Notes: generated by a model from the letters alone, not told the origin. DNA of 64,000 nt from an uncultured Chloroflexia bacterium (GCA_963797095.1 CAWCNY010000002.1:768001-832000), one strand, 5' to 3'; numbered from the stretch's first letter, positions 19,943 to 31,941 are shown. Translations and numbers: made by a program.

Positions 19943-21269
19943 GGTTGGTGTATTATCTTTTCTGTAAATTGGGAAATGTGGACCGGCTGAGATAGACAGC
20001 AGGTCAGGGTGTATCCTTTGAGTTGCGAAACACCAAAAGGAGGGCACCCATGACCTACCAGCCAGATTATACGTTATCGCAGGAACTGTTGGAACGTCTC
20101 AACGAAGAAGGATTAGACGCTTTACCAGAGATGATTCGAATCGTCATTAACTCAGCTATGCAAGCTGAGCGGCTCAAATAGTTGGGTGTTGGTGCTCCTT
20201 ACGAGCGCTCTGCGGAGCGGCAGGACCAGTCCAACGGTTACAAGCCAAAGACGCTCAAGACCAGAGTGGGTGAGATTACCTTCTCTGTGCCCCAGGTGCG
20301 ACAGGGCGACTTCTACCCTGGAGCCCTGGAGAAGGGACTGCGCTCGGAGCGTGCTCTCACACTGGCGTTGGCAGAGATGTACGTGCAAGGGGTCTCGACG
20401 CGCAGAGTGGCAGCCATCACCGAGAAGCTATGCGGTACCCAGGTATCCAGTGCTGCAGTGAGCCGAGCTGCCTCCCAGTTGGACGAGGTGCTGGAAGGGT
20501 GGCGCAACCGACCGCTGGGGGAGTGTCCCTACCTTATCCTGGATGCCCGTTATGAGAAGGTGAGGCAGGACGGGCAGGTGAGAGACGCTGCAGTGCTGAT
20601 TGGTATTGGCATCACCCGTGCAGGGCGACGGCAACTGCTGGGAGTATCGGTATCTTTGAGCGAGCATGAGGTGCATTGGCGCACCTTCCTGCAGAGCCTG
20701 GTATCGAGGGGGCTATCAGGAGTGAGGATGATAACATCCGACGCTCATGAGGGGCTGGGGGCAGCACGCAAGGCGGTATTCGGAGGAGTGCCCTGGCAGC
20801 GGTGCCAGTTTCATCTGCAGCAGAATGCCCAGGCTTATGTTCCCCGGCAGGAGATGAAAGCTGAGGTAGCCCAGGACATTAGAGCCATCTTCTCGGCATC
20901 ATCATTGGAGCAGGCCAAACAGATGCTGGACAAAGCGGTTGCGAAGTATGAGAAGAGCGCTGCTCGCCTATCGCACTGGCTGCAAAACAACATCTTGGAA
21001 GGGTTGACCGTCTTTGCCCTCCCACAATCACAGTGGCGATCCCTTCGCACCACCAACGGGCTGGAACGCATCAACCAGGAGGTACGCCGGCGGACCAGAG
21101 TGGTGGGGATCTTCCCCAACGAGGCGAGTTGCCTGCGCTTGGTGACGGCAGTGCTGATGGAGATCAGCGACGAATGGGAGACAGGCCGAGCTTACATGAC
21201 TTTTGACTACTGATTGACCAATTTAGAGGAACACCCTGACCAATTTACAGAAAAAGGCTTGCATAATCC
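19943..21269 (+). mobile_element. IS256 family insertion sequence
   Basis: Imperfect 30-bp terminal IRs sharing TTTTCTGTAAATTGG; target duplication TCAACAG(G) at 19936 and 21270. Confidence 0.92.
20050..21213 (+). pseudogene. IS256 (Mutator-type) DDE transposase with in-frame TAG at 20179-20181
   Basis: LDARYEK, SDAHEG, WQRCQFH, TTNGLER motifs. The reading frame from ATG 20050 is broken only by one TAG. Confidence 0.85.
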
Positions 21270-21768
21270 TCAACAGGTGCTCGCTTTTGCTCACCTATAC
21301 CATATTCCAGTGCTAGAACATAGTTGCGTACCTCTTGGGCATCAGCGTTTAGTGCTGATACTACTCCAGGTAGCGGTAACTGCCTCGCCTCATAAGCATA
21401 TAACTCTTCAATTCCTGTTTGGGTTCCTTCCATACGTGAGGACGCTACGGCTTCTCGTCTGATGAATAGACTAATAAGCAACCGGGGATTGGGCATGGTA
21501 TGACCTAGACCGGCCAATTCACCTAAGGCGCGGTCAGCATCGGACAGCGATAGCATGATCTCGCTACTATTTAGTGGCACATCAGGTGGTAACGGCCTGG
21601 ATATAAAGGCGAGACATCTCTTATCCTCATACCATATTTCCGTCAATCTACCGCTTATCGGCTTAAATCGGTTAATATCCATGCTAAGTTTTGCTAGGAT
21701 AGAATCAGGAGCGTAGACAAATATTCTACGCTCCTGATTCTACCACATACTAATATTGGTCTGTGAAA

Positions 21769-23535
21769 TTATACTACGTTGCTGAACTCCTGCACCCCGA
21801 ACACCGATTTCAGCACGTTGGCTATTTCTCCTAACGTTGCGTAAGCGTGGGCCGCTTCGATCAGCGCGGGCATGATATTCTCGTCGCGCATTGCCGTCTG
21901 GCGCACCCTCTCAAGGGCCGCCGACCACCGCTCCTGGTCGCGCTCGGCGCGCAGACGGGCCAGCTTCTCGCGCTGCTTCTCCTCGCCCCTGGGGTCCATC
22001 TCCAGGATCGGGATCTCGACTGGCTCCTCGATGATGTACTTGTTCACGCCGATCATGGTCTTGCGACCTTCGTCTACCTCGTGCTGGTATTCGTAGGAGG
22101 CGCGGGCGATCTCGTTCTGGAAGAAGTGGGCCTTGATCGCGGGGATCACGCCACCGTATTCCTCGATCCTGTCGAAGTAATCATAGCACTGACGCTCCAT
22201 CTCGTTGGTCAGCGCCTCCACGAAGTACGAGCCGCCGAGCGGGTCCACCGTATTCGTCACGCCCGATTCCTCGGCGATGATCTGCTGCGTCCTGAGCGCG
22301 ATCCTCACCGCCTTATCCGAGGGCAGGGCCAGTGCCTCGTCCATCGAGTTGGTGTGGAGGGATTGAGTGCCGCCCAGCACGCCCGCCAACGCCTGGATCG
22401 TGGTCCTCACGATATTGATCTCAGGTTGCTGGGCCGTCAATGAGCACCCAGCCGTCTGTGTGTGGAACCTGAGCCACAGCGACCTGTCCTTCTTCGCGCC
22501 GAAGCGCTCTCTTAGCTCGCGTGCCCAGATCCTGCGCGCCGCCCTGTACTTGGCGATCTCCTCGAAGAAGTCGTTGTGCGCGTTGAAGAAATACGACAGG
22601 CGCGGCGCGAAGTCGTCCACGTCCAACCCGCGATCGACGCACCACTGCACATAGGTCAGCCCATCGGCCAGGGTGAAGGCCAATTCCTGCGCCGCCGTGG
22701 ACCCCGCTTCCCGTATGTGATAGCCGGAGATAGATACCGGGTTCCACTTGGGCAGTTCCTGCGCTGCAAACTCTATCGTATCGACCACCAGCCTCATCGA
22801 CGGTTCCGGCGGGAAGATGAAGGTGTTTTGTGCTATGTACTCCTTCAGGATGTCGTTCTGCGTGGTGCCGCCCAGCGCCGCCCTCGGTATGCCCCGGTTC
22901 TCGGCTGCCGCTATGTAGAATGCCCACACTATGGCTGCCGGGCCGTTGATCGTCATGGAGGTTGTTACCTGGTCGATGGGGATGCCCGCGAACAGGGTCT
23001 CCATATCGGCCAGCGAGGCCACGCCCACGCCCACCTTGCCGAACTCCCCATACGCCAGCGGGTCGTCCGAGTCGATCCCGTACAACGTGGGGAAGTCGAA
23101 GGCTGTGGAAAGCCCCGTTTCCCCATGATCGAGCAAATAGCGGAACCTTGCGTTGGTCTCGTCAGCCGACCCGAACCCCGCGAACATCCGCATCGTCCAG
23201 AAGCGCGAGCGGTACATGGTGGGGTGGATGCCACGCGTGAACGGATATTCCCCAGGAAAGCCAAGATCCTGCTCATAATCGAAACCCTGCACATCGGCGG
23301 GGGTGTAGATACGCTGAATTGGCTCGCCCGAAATGGTGGTGAAAGTCTCCGGTCCCCCGCGCTCAGGCAATCGCTTCATCGACGAAGCGACTGTGTTCTC
23401 CTCCCACCGCCTCCGCTCGGCGGCGATCTTCTGCTGGCTCTCGGTAAGCTGCGTATTGTGCAGCCTGCGTCCCACTCCGTTGCGATACTGGGCGTGCTTG
23501 TTGGAACTGGTGGGTTTGGAGATCATATCTACCAT
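21769..23535 (-). CDS. B12-dependent acyl-CoA mutase large subunit, isobutyryl-CoA mutase (IcmA)-like
   Basis: MCM-family TIM barrel ([25 protein letters not shown]). Specificity positions are Phe (MRMFAGFG) and Gln (EYIAQ), not Tyr/Arg. Confidence 0.88.
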   Translation of the reverse strand: MVDMISKPTSSNKHAQYRNGVGRRLHNTQLTESQQKIAAERRRWEENTVASSMKRLPERGGPETFTTISGEPIQRIYTPADVQGFDYEQDLGFPGEYPFTRGIHPTMYRSRFWTMRMFAGFGSADETNARFRYLLDHGETGLSTAFDFPTLYGIDSDDPLAYGEFGKVGVGVASLADMETLFAGIPIDQVTTSMTINGPAAIVWAFYIAAAENRGIPRAALGGTTQNDILKEYIAQNTFIFPPEPSMRLVVDTIEFAAQELPKWNPVSISGYHIREAGSTAAQELAFTLADGLTYVQWCVDRGLDVDDFAPRLSYFFNAHNDFFEEIAKYRAARRIWARELRERFGAKKDRSLWLRFHTQTAGCSLTAQQPEINIVRTTIQALAGVLGGTQSLHTNSMDEALALPSDKAVRIALRTQQIIAEESGVTNTVDPLGGSYFVEALTNEMERQCYDYFDRIEEYGGVIPAIKAHFFQNEIARASYEYQHEVDEGRKTMIGVNKYIIEEPVEIPILEMDPRGEEKQREKLARLRAERDQERWSAALERVRQTAMRDENIMPALIEAAHAYATLGEIANVLKSVFGVQEFSNVV

Positions 23536-23708
23536 TGCGAATCACTCCTTCGTGATGTCTGTTACTCGTATCAATAATGCCTATAAAACTCATTATACAC
23601 ACTATCCGCGCTACAAAGGTAGCCCCAAATGGGTAGTTTCTGATGTAGAATAACCCCAAGGTCCAGCCAACTCTGCCTTATGAGCCGGATATTACTCAAC
23701 CGCCTGCG

Positions 23709-24329
23709 CTAGCTCGTCTGTGGGCTTTGCTTCGCTGCGACCATCCGTTTCAACTCCTCCACCGCCTTCTTTCTCCGTCCTGCCTCCTCCATCATCACCT
23801 CAATTGCCAGGTCGTAGCTCCCCATATTGTTCCTCTTTAGAGGCAGCTCAAGCATCTCGATCAGCGAGTCGGCGGCGTGGCTGCGCACGAGATCTTCTCC
23901 GTCCTCCAGCGCGCCAAGCAGAGCCTTGATCACTTCCGGTTTGTTGATATCGCGTAGTGCGCGGGCCGCGTCTATGCGCGCTCCCCAATCGGGGTCCCCC
24001 TGCAATTCGTTGATAAGCACGTTGACAGCGGGGGGCCACTCGGCTATCTCCCAGAGGGCCAGCGCCGTCTCCACCCTCTCTTTGCCTACAGCATCCCCCA
24101 GCTTCATCTTCAGCTTATCAACTGCGCTTTTTGACCCAAGTACCCTCAACCCTACCGAGGGCCTGTAATCGCTCGTACCGAGGGCTTCCAGCAACAACCG
24201 TTCGGCCTCCTTGCGCTGATCCCCTTCCAGCGCCTCAAGAGATCGGGTGTCCAGCCCGTCATGCCACGCCATGTAGGGGTCACCAAAGAAAGATTCCATA
24301 AAAGCGTTCCACTCATACGATGGCATCAC
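23709..24329 (-). CDS. HEAT-repeat protein
   Basis: Repeats such as RIDAARAL and VRSHAADSL. Confidence 0.7.
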   Translation of the reverse strand: MMPSYEWNAFMESFFGDPYMAWHDGLDTRSLEALEGDQRKEAERLLLEALGTSDYRPSVGLRVLGSKSAVDKLKMKLGDAVGKERVETALALWEIAEWPPAVNVLINELQGDPDWGARIDAARALRDINKPEVIKALLGALEDGEDLVRSHAADSLIEMLELPLKRNNMGSYDLAIEVMMEEAGRRKKAVEELKRMVAAKQSPQTS

Positions 24330-24584
24330 TGCCCTCCCATAAAGATCGTCATGCGCCAGATAGCCCGCGCTTGCCGCGGATCGTGCAAGCTATTATAGCC
24401 TGCCCCCCTGACAGGCGTCACGAAACGTGAGTTATCCCAAAATCTTGGGGAGGGGCCTTCTAAAACAGCCAAAAATGGCGACTCCGCCGCCATTTTTGGC
24501 TGTTTTAGAACCAGTTTGTGCGCCTGCGAACCCGAATCTCAAATTCGGGTTGCCCCATGTTCAGGGCGGGTTTGGGTCTGTTTG

Positions 24585-25309
24585 TTAGGCGGTGCTGCCC
24601 TGGGGCGCAAGCCCCTGCGGCCTGCGCAACCAGAAGTAGAGATAGGCCAGCAGCTCCCTTACCTGATAAGGCTTCGACCGTGCGCGAGTGGCTCCCTTGC
24701 GAATGGCGGCGCGCAGTTCAGAGGCACTACTGCCAGGGAATGAAGTGTACCCCTTGCCTATCGCCAACAGGATATGAGCATCCGAGTTGCCGAGGGCCGA
24801 TAGCCTGCGCACGCTGGCGTTGTACCTGGCGGCGCGCCTGTTCGCGGGGCCGAGGGTCGGCGTGCCGTTTATCGTTTCCAGCGCGTCGATGTCCAGCCGG
24901 TCTACGTATTTGCCGAGGCCCTCCATCGTGATGGGACGCCCCTCGATCTGTTCGGCACGAAAAAAGGGGTGTGGCGCAAACGCGACCCCACCCCCTTCGT
25001 GAATTGCGGCCACGGTGTCAGCCGCGCTCATGCCGGGTGGAATGCACTCCTTTAGGAACAGCCCGACCAGGTGTCCCTGCCGGGTTGAGACCTCCTCCCC
25101 TACTATGACCTCGAACGGATAGGATACTGGGTGTGCGCAACTATCTCTTGCGCCTCCAAAGCGCCTCTGATAGTGTCGTGATCTGTTATTGCGGTTACAT
25201 CGAGCCGAGTGTTGCGTGCCACATGCTCCAGCAGCGCCCTCACGGTTGGCGCACCGTCCGAATGGCGCGTGTGCATGTGCAAGTCGGCCCCGCCTACCCG
25301 GTTGCTCAT
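24585..25309 (-). pseudogene. PHP-domain phosphoesterase, frameshifted near 25120
   Basis: DLHMHT..SDG and TDHD in one frame; GEEV, PHPF and NSDAH in the next. Confidence 0.75.
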
Positions 25310-26476
25310 ACAGGCACCCTCCTTTTCTGCTTCCGCATACTTGATCTCTCTGCTACCACCTCATCTTGTGGGCGCATAAACGCCTCATGCCACCCCATCA
25401 ACTCATCAAAGATTGCTTCCCAGGTGTATTTCTCTGCCTGTTGCCTGGCTGCCAGCCCTATCGTGCGGCGTAGGTCGGCATTGGCGACCAAACTACGTGT
25501 CGCAGCGACTAAGGCTTCTTGATCGCCTGGGGGGCCAGAAGTCCGGTCACCCCAGGCTGTACGAGATCTTTAACTCCACCCGCGCGCACTCCCACCGCAG
25601 GCAATCCGGAGGCCATAGCCTCGCGCACCACCTGTCCGAAGGTTTCGAGCTCGGATGGGAACACAAAGAGATCTGCTGTAGCATAGGCGGTTGCAAGTTC
25701 TTCGCCATGCAGCCAGCCGGTAAAATACACGTTACGATCGGCGATGGCCTGGGCAAGCGTCGCACGGTATGGCCATCACCGACCACCAGCAGTGCCGCGT
25801 CGGGTAAAGCCTTTGCCACAGCGATCAAGGTGCTCAAGCCCTTCTCAGGAGCAACCCTGCCGACGTAAGCGAGCACGGGCCTATCTTGAGCGCCCGTTAT
25901 GGTTGCTCGCAGGGCCGGATCGCGTCGCCCAGGGTGGAACATCTGCGTGTCAACACCGCGCCCCAGAACGTGAACGTTGCGCATTCCATCGCCGCGTAGC
26001 TCGGCGGCTATGGTTTCGGTGGGGGCAAAGTTGATAGAGCTGTCGTTATGGATTGCAAGCAGCCGCCGCCACGTCAGCCCGGCAAATAGGCTCAGGCCAT
26101 AGTGGCGTGCGAAGCGCACGAGGTCTGTTTGATAATGGGAGGCGACCGGGAAGCCCAGATCGCGTGCTAGGCGCAGCCCATACGCGCCCAGCACAAAGGG
26201 GCCTGCGAGATGTACTATGTCGGGCTGCCATGCTCGGAGGATGGGGCGCATGCGCCTGGAATGAGGGGCGACAACAAGGCCGGGATAGAGCGGGAACCCC
26301 ACTCCGCGCACCCGCACGACCTCGACGTTGCCGTATTGGGTGGGGCCGTCACCCGGCGCAAAGAGAATCGCGCTGTGACCGCGTGTTTGGAGGTAGTCAA
26401 GGAACTCGATCAGCATCCTCACGATGCCGTCGACGCGAGGCAGATAGGTCTCGGTGACCAGCGCAATTCGCATCAA
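25306..26476 (-). pseudogene. GT4 glycosyltransferase (PimB/SqdX-like), several frameshifts
   Basis: TETYLPRVDG, RGVD..FHP, VGRVAPEKG, then ETFGQVVREAMASG in another frame. Confidence 0.8.
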
Positions 26477-26789
26477 GGTTTCTCTATCAGTCGTACATTA
26501 TCGGCCCTATGATTTCGCAATGCATCTCCTCATTGACATAACCATGTCAATCGTAACATGATCTTATCAATACCGTGTTAAGGTGAATAGATAACCGGAG
26601 CATGTATTCCACAATTTGGCAAAGTAGGAAGGGACAAAGTGCTTTTCGGGGCTGCAAAACGAACACGAATGAGCTATTAGTTTTACTATTACTGTGCTCG
26701 CTCTATAATATGGTATAGAATCAGGCGATCCGTTGTTGATTGTCTTTCTCATAATTGTATATGTGTGAGAGCCTCAAAGGAGTGTAACA

Positions 26790-28176
26790 ATGGAATTGGC
26801 CCGTCGAATCGCAAGCCGGCCTGCTCTGCTGATATCGGGCGTTTTAGTGGTCGGAATACTTGCCATTCTTGGCATTTTATCTTTCAATCCATCCGACAAG
26901 TCCGCCACCACGGGTCCGGGGCCGGTTGCTACTGCTGGAGCCAACGGCGGCGCTCCAACTCCGGTGCCGAGCAGCCGTGCCCTTATCTTCCTCCCTACCC
27001 CAACTCCGGTGCCTACACCTACCGCTATGCGTGGTCTCAAAGAGGGCATAATCCAGATAGGTGTGGATTCGCCCATTTCTGGTGCAGATGCAAAAAATGG
27101 CATTCCAACACGTAACGGGGTGCAACTCGCCATCGAGCAAACTAACGCCAAAGAGGTATAAAGCTAGGCGATATGACATACACGCTTGAGATGTACGCTC
27201 TCGATGATGCTGTTGATGGCATGCATGACCCTGCACAGGGTTTTAAGAATGCGGAAACTTTCGTCTCCAACTCATCTGTGTTAGCCATGGTCGGCCCTAT
27301 TAACTCGAACGTAGCTCGAGCCCAGATGCCAATCCTCAACAGGGCGGTCCTTGCCCATATTAGCCCTTTCACTTCAGCCCCGTCGCTAACCGATCCGGAG
27401 TATGGCGAGACAAAAGACCTAAGGCCCACAGATAACCTTACTTACTTCCGTGTGAATGCGGCAAGTGACCTTGAAGGACCTGCCGCCGCCGACTTCATGT
27501 TCGACAAACTCAATGTAAGGAAGCTTGCTCTCTTTGAAGATACGGAGACTTACGCCAAGGCGATTGCGGATGGGCTCCAGCAAGAGTTTGTGGCTAAAGG
27601 AGGTCCGCTAACGCTCGTTCAGAGCGTGCCGCTAGGCACTATTGATTTCAGTTCAATAATATCGGATATAGTTTCGCTTCAGCCTGATGGGATCTTCTAT
27701 GGAGGCCTCTATGATGGTCCCAATCTCGCCCTACAGCAATTGAGAGAGGTAGGGTCTAACGTTCTCTTTATGGGGGACGATGGTATTCTGGATCAAGCTT
27801 TCGTAGACGAGGTTGGAAGTGATGGTATAGGTGCTTATTGCGTGGCCGCAGGAGTAGATGCGACAAAATTGCCGGAAGCCCAACAATTCATCAGCGACTA
27901 CAGGGCCAGGTTTAACGAGGAGATAGGCGCTTATAGCGCCAAGCCTATGAGGCCACAAACATAATAATCGACGCGATGAAGCGCGCAGGCACGCCAGACC
28001 GCGAAGCAATGCGCGCAGCTATTGCCGCCACCCATGACTATAAAGGCATACTTGGTACGACCAGCTTTGACGCCAATGGAGATACGACCAATAATTGGGT
28101 ATCGATTTATCAGATTCAGGATAAAGGCAATGGACCTGAGTGGGTACACTTCGATCAGTTGCAGGTGAGCAAATGA
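26790..28176 (+). pseudogene. Branched-chain amino acid ABC substrate-binding protein (LivJ-like), two frameshifts
   Basis: N-terminal TM anchor, IGVDSPISG, GPINS, YFRV, FMGDDG, SFDANGD spread over three ORFs; breaks near 27155 and 27940. Confidence 0.8.
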
Positions 28177-29237
28177 GCGTGCCCGATCCGCTTTACGGCG
28201 ACGAGCTGGCCGCCGCTCGTGAGCAATTCAACGCGTTCATCGAGGCTGGCAATATTGAGCGTCCCCTCACCATTCTGTGCGATGGCGATGTGGACGGCCT
28301 GGGCGCGGGCGTCACCCTCTGGTACTTTCTCACCAGGCTTGACACTCCTCCCAATGCGATCACGGTGCTCCACCCCGACAAGGGAGAAAACGCTTTCACT
28401 CCCACCACGCGCGGCTATGTGGCTCGAACCCATCCCAAAGCCCTCTTTGTGCTCGACCTCGGCGTGGCGGGCAAGCAGATCATCCACTCGATCCCGACCC
28501 TGTTTATCGACCACCATCGCCCCACCGGAGAGCCACCCAACTCGACGGTGCTCACGAGCTATGGCTGGGACCCTGTGCCTACGTCCAGCCTGCTCACTTA
28601 TCTTTTGTGCAACGCCGATAGCACCCTGAACGATAAAGCGTGGGTAGCAGCCATCGGCAACATAGGCGATCTTGGACCTGAACACCCGGCGCTGACCCAG
28701 GCAGCCAAAGCGCAAAAGCTCAAATGGATGCGAGAGGCCACCACCCTCCTCAACGCCGCCAAGCGCAGCAGCCGCTATCCCATTGATGCGGCTTTTCGCG
28801 CTCTCAGAGATGCGGAGAGCGCCCAGGAGGTCGCAGAAGGCGGCACACTCGACCTTGCTCTTTTGAGAATATGCCGTTCAGAGGTAAGATCGGCGCTGGA
28901 CGAGGTGAAGAAACTGGCACCCAGATTCAGCAAGACCGAGCATGTGGCCCTATTCGAGTTCAGCGACCCCAACCGCATCCAACCCCTCCTGGCTCAAAGC
29001 TGGCATGGTCGCTTGATGAAATTTATCGTTATCGCCGCCAACAGCGGGTGGCTCCCTGGCAAGGTGGCCTTCAGCGCCCGCACCTCCTCAGGTGCGAACG
29101 TGCTCGAATTTCTACAGAGGTTCCGCGATGCCGTGCCCGGCGAGCTTGAATACGGCTATGGCCACGATCAGGCATCGGGCGGGGTCATTTCACAGGAAGG
29201 TTGGGATAAGCTCAAGGTTGCTATGGGCTTCGGCTGA
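28173..29237 (+). CDS. DHH family phosphoesterase (short RecJ-like)
   Basis: DGDVDG, LDLG, IDHH, GHDQASG motifs. Confidence 0.85.
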   Translation: MSVPDPLYGDELAAAREQFNAFIEAGNIERPLTILCDGDVDGLGAGVTLWYFLTRLDTPPNAITVLHPDKGENAFTPTTRGYVARTHPKALFVLDLGVAGKQIIHSIPTLFIDHHRPTGEPPNSTVLTSYGWDPVPTSSLLTYLLCNADSTLNDKAWVAAIGNIGDLGPEHPALTQAAKAQKLKWMREATTLLNAAKRSSRYPIDAAFRALRDAESAQEVAEGGTLDLALLRICRSEVRSALDEVKKLAPRFSKTEHVALFEFSDPNRIQPLLAQSWHGRLMKFIVIAANSGWLPGKVAFSARTSSGANVLEFLQRFRDAVPGELEYGYGHDQASGGVISQEGWDKLKVAMGFG

Positions 29238-29263
29238 TATCGTTATCACGCACCAATTGCCTT

Positions 29264-30118
29264 CTACTTTACAATCTGTATCCATCGGGTGCACATTATG
29301 GAATACACTCCGAACGCCGCCAGGCCAAGTGCCACCACAAGAAGCGCAATTGTGCCGAACGGTCCTCCGGCGATGGTTGCCAGCACGCCGTCCAGGCTCT
29401 GCGCCTGACCGGGGTCGTTCTGCAACGCGGCGCGCACCAGGAAGATTCCGCCCAGTAAGAATACCACCCCGCGTGCTATATAACCTATTCTGCCGACCCA
29501 GGTGGCGACCTTCAACTCTTCCTCGGACATTTCCGATTTCTTGAACTGATAGGTGAACTTGGCAGTTACTCCCATGAAGCCCTGGCCTAAGGCCCCGCCT
29601 ATTGCGACCAGCCCCGCCACCAGCACAAGCCAGTGCCCAAGCGGTTGCGACAGTAGAAAAGCAGTCTCTTTGCTTGCGCCACTGCTCTGGTCCTGATTGG
29701 CGTTGGTGCCTGCGCCCCGAATAAAGTTAATTGTTGGGACGATTAAGCTTCCATAGGAAAGGGCGCTCACAACGTAGCCTCCACGCTGTGCCAGCCCCTT
29801 GGGAGATGTGCCCTTGCGCAAGGGATCGAGCACAGCCCGTACAAGGCCCCAGAGTGCATAGCCTGCAAGCCCAATCGCTACGCCCACCAGCAGCACCTTG
29901 CCAAAGGGTTGTTGGGCGATAGTGGCTATCGCGCCTGCCTTGCCCTCGACATCACTTCGCGCTCCAACCGCTACCTGCGCAGCGAGTATACCCACAAGCA
30001 CATAGAGCACGCCGCGTACGAGGTAGCCAAACCTCGCCAATCCCTCGATCCATGTACTGTGTTCAACCTTACTTGCGGCCTCTCTGCCGCCTTCCTTCGC
30101 TGTATCTATTGCTGACAT
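29264..30118 (-). CDS. DUF1206-type membrane protein
   Basis: Repeated ARxGYxxRG and PFG..LL..VA.GL units. Confidence 0.75.
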   Translation of the reverse strand: MSAIDTAKEGGREAASKVEHSTWIEGLARFGYLVRGVLYVLVGILAAQVAVGARSDVEGKAGAIATIAQQPFGKVLLVGVAIGLAGYALWGLVRAVLDPLRKGTSPKGLAQRGGYVVSALSYGSLIVPTINFIRGAGTNANQDQSSGASKETAFLLSQPLGHWLVLVAGLVAIGGALGQGFMGVTAKFTYQFKKSEMSEEELKVATWVGRIGYIARGVVFLLGGIFLVRAALQNDPGQAQSLDGVLATIAGGPFGTIALLVVALGLAAFGVYSIMCTRWIQIVK

Positions 30119-30324
30119 AGTAGCTCGCTTTGTGCCAGGTATATCGCCCACGAAGTTACTAAAGAGCATTACTCATGCCAGCAGAAGGTTTCTCGGTTTG
30201 CGTTTGGCACTTTCTTGCAAGGGGCATTTTCCGTTGCAGCAGGTAAGCACAGAGAGCACCACCATAAGAGGGCGATTACGCAGGAAATCCCCGGATTTGT
30301 GGCGTAGAAGAGATCAGGTCGCGC

Positions 30325-30684
30325 TCAGTACCGCGACCATTCGGGCGGCAACTGGAGCCTCTGCCTTGGCACTACTATGGTGCAGCCGCCATTTCGCATT
30401 GCATCCTCGCCATGTGCATAGGCGCACCTGCCCGGCACATCCAGCAAATATTCCGCGCCACGCATAAGGAGTTGCGCGTCGAACCCCTTGATCCGCGTAC
30501 CCTGCGCTTGCAGGCAGGCACGTACCGCCTCCCTGAGCACACCTTCGCCTCCGTGGCCTCTACCGTGGATCACGTTCAGTCCGTCATACCTGTCGCTAGT
30601 CAGCAGGCGATTGTATTCCATCACAAATCGCCTCATGCCTGCAGCAACGGTGTATCCATGTAGGTCCAGCGTGGCAAGGTTCAT
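30325..30684 (-). CDS. Stand-alone Smr domain protein
   Basis: LDLHG...VIHGRG...NGGCT. Confidence 0.75.
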   Translation of the reverse strand: MNLATLDLHGYTVAAGMRRFVMEYNRLLTSDRYDGLNVIHGRGHGGEGVLREAVRACLQAQGTRIKGFDAQLLMRGAEYLLDVPGRCAYAHGEDAMRNGGCTIVVPRQRLQLPPEWSRY

Positions 30685-30767
30685 ACAAATGCGGAATGCG
30701 GAGCGCGGAGTGTGGGGTAGGGCGCTATCTATCGTTCCGAACTTCGCACTCCACACGCCGCACTACC

Positions 30768-31922
30768 TCAGTCCCTGTTTCCCTTAAGCAAATTCGATGC
30801 GATTACTATTCGCTGAATCTGCGAGGTCCCCTCGTATATCTCGGTGATCTTGGCGTCGCGGAAGAAGCGCTCGACCGGGTATTCTTTCACATAGCCATAG
30901 CCGCCATGTATCTGTACGGCAGACCACGCGCTCCTCATAGCCAATTCGCTGGCGAACAGCTTTGCCATGCTGGCCTCTTTGCTCACCCGCTGGCCCTTAT
31001 CGCGCATCGTCGCCGCTCTGTAGAGGAGCAGGCGTGCCGCGCTCAGCCCGGTCGCCATATCGGCCAGCATGAACTGGATCGCCTGGTGGTTGGAGATCGG
31101 CCCGCCGAACTGCTCTCTCTGTATGCTGTATGAGGTGGCTTCATCGAATGCACGCTGGGCGATGCCCACCGCTTGTGCAGCGATCCCGATACGTCCACCA
31201 TCCAGCAACGACATAGCGATCTTAAATCCCTGTCCCTCGTAGCCCAGCAAGCATTCCTCCGGAATCTCAGCGTCCTCGAAGATAAGCTGTGTGGTCTCCG
31301 AGGCCCTGATACCCATCTTGTTTTCCAGCTTGCCCACGGTCAGCCCCGGTACGTCTTTCGGGCAAATGAACGCCGATATGTTACGCGATGGCCTGTCCGT
31401 GTTCCCTGTCACCGCGAACAGGATCGCCACGTCGCAAGATTGGCCTGATGTGATCCAGGTCTTCGTGCCGTTCACCACATATACGTCCCCGCGTCGCACG
31501 CCGGTGGCCCTCATGGCGGCAGGGTTGGACCCCGCGTGGGCTTCCGACAGCGCGTATGCCCCTAACCACTCGCCGCTCGCAAGACTGGGGAGGTATTTCG
31601 CCTTCTGCTCGTCGTTGCCGAACATCATCAGCGCCATACAGGCCAGCGAATTATGCACCGACACAACAGTGCCGATAGCGGGCACCGACCGGTTGATTTC
31701 CTCCAGCATCAGGATGTACGACAATGTGTCGGCGCCCACACCACCGTACTCCTCAGGCACAAGCATCCCGGCAAAGCCCAACTCGCCCATCTTGTTGAAC
31801 ACATCTCGCGGGAAAATATCGCGCTCGTCCCACTCCTGGGCGTGCGGCTCAAGCTCGCGCAGCGCAAAGTCGTGGGCGGTGTCTCGGATCAGTTGTTGTT
31901 CGGGGTTCAATTCCAAGTTCAT
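30768..31922 (-). CDS. Acyl-CoA dehydrogenase
   Basis: ALSEAHAGS, KMGIRAS, REQFG, IYEGTSQIQR. Confidence 0.95.
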   Translation of the reverse strand: MNLELNPEQQLIRDTAHDFALRELEPHAQEWDERDIFPRDVFNKMGELGFAGMLVPEEYGGVGADTLSYILMLEEINRSVPAIGTVVSVHNSLACMALMMFGNDEQKAKYLPSLASGEWLGAYALSEAHAGSNPAAMRATGVRRGDVYVVNGTKTWITSGQSCDVAILFAVTGNTDRPSRNISAFICPKDVPGLTVGKLENKMGIRASETTQLIFEDAEIPEECLLGYEGQGFKIAMSLLDGGRIGIAAQAVGIAQRAFDEATSYSIQREQFGGPISNHQAIQFMLADMATGLSAARLLLYRAATMRDKGQRVSKEASMAKLFASELAMRSAWSAVQIHGGYGYVKEYPVERFFRDAKITEIYEGTSQIQRIVIASNLLKGNRD

Positions 31923-31941
31923 AAAGAATGCCTATCCCACA

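Larger units (their letters stand above)
18874..21682 (-). pseudogene. Fic family protein split into three pieces by two insertions
   Basis: N-terminal piece 21270-21682 (EAVASSRMEG), middle piece 19613-19935 with HPFADGNGRTGR, C-terminal piece 18874-19241. Removing both insertions restores the frame (APVDLMLVRE and WGLLPLPLLYLS). Confidence 0.9.

Noticed and set aside
20179-20181. In-frame TAG as pyrrolysine or recoded stop
   Set aside because: Other genes in the window end in TAG normally and no pyl genes are seen; a point mutation or base-call error is simpler
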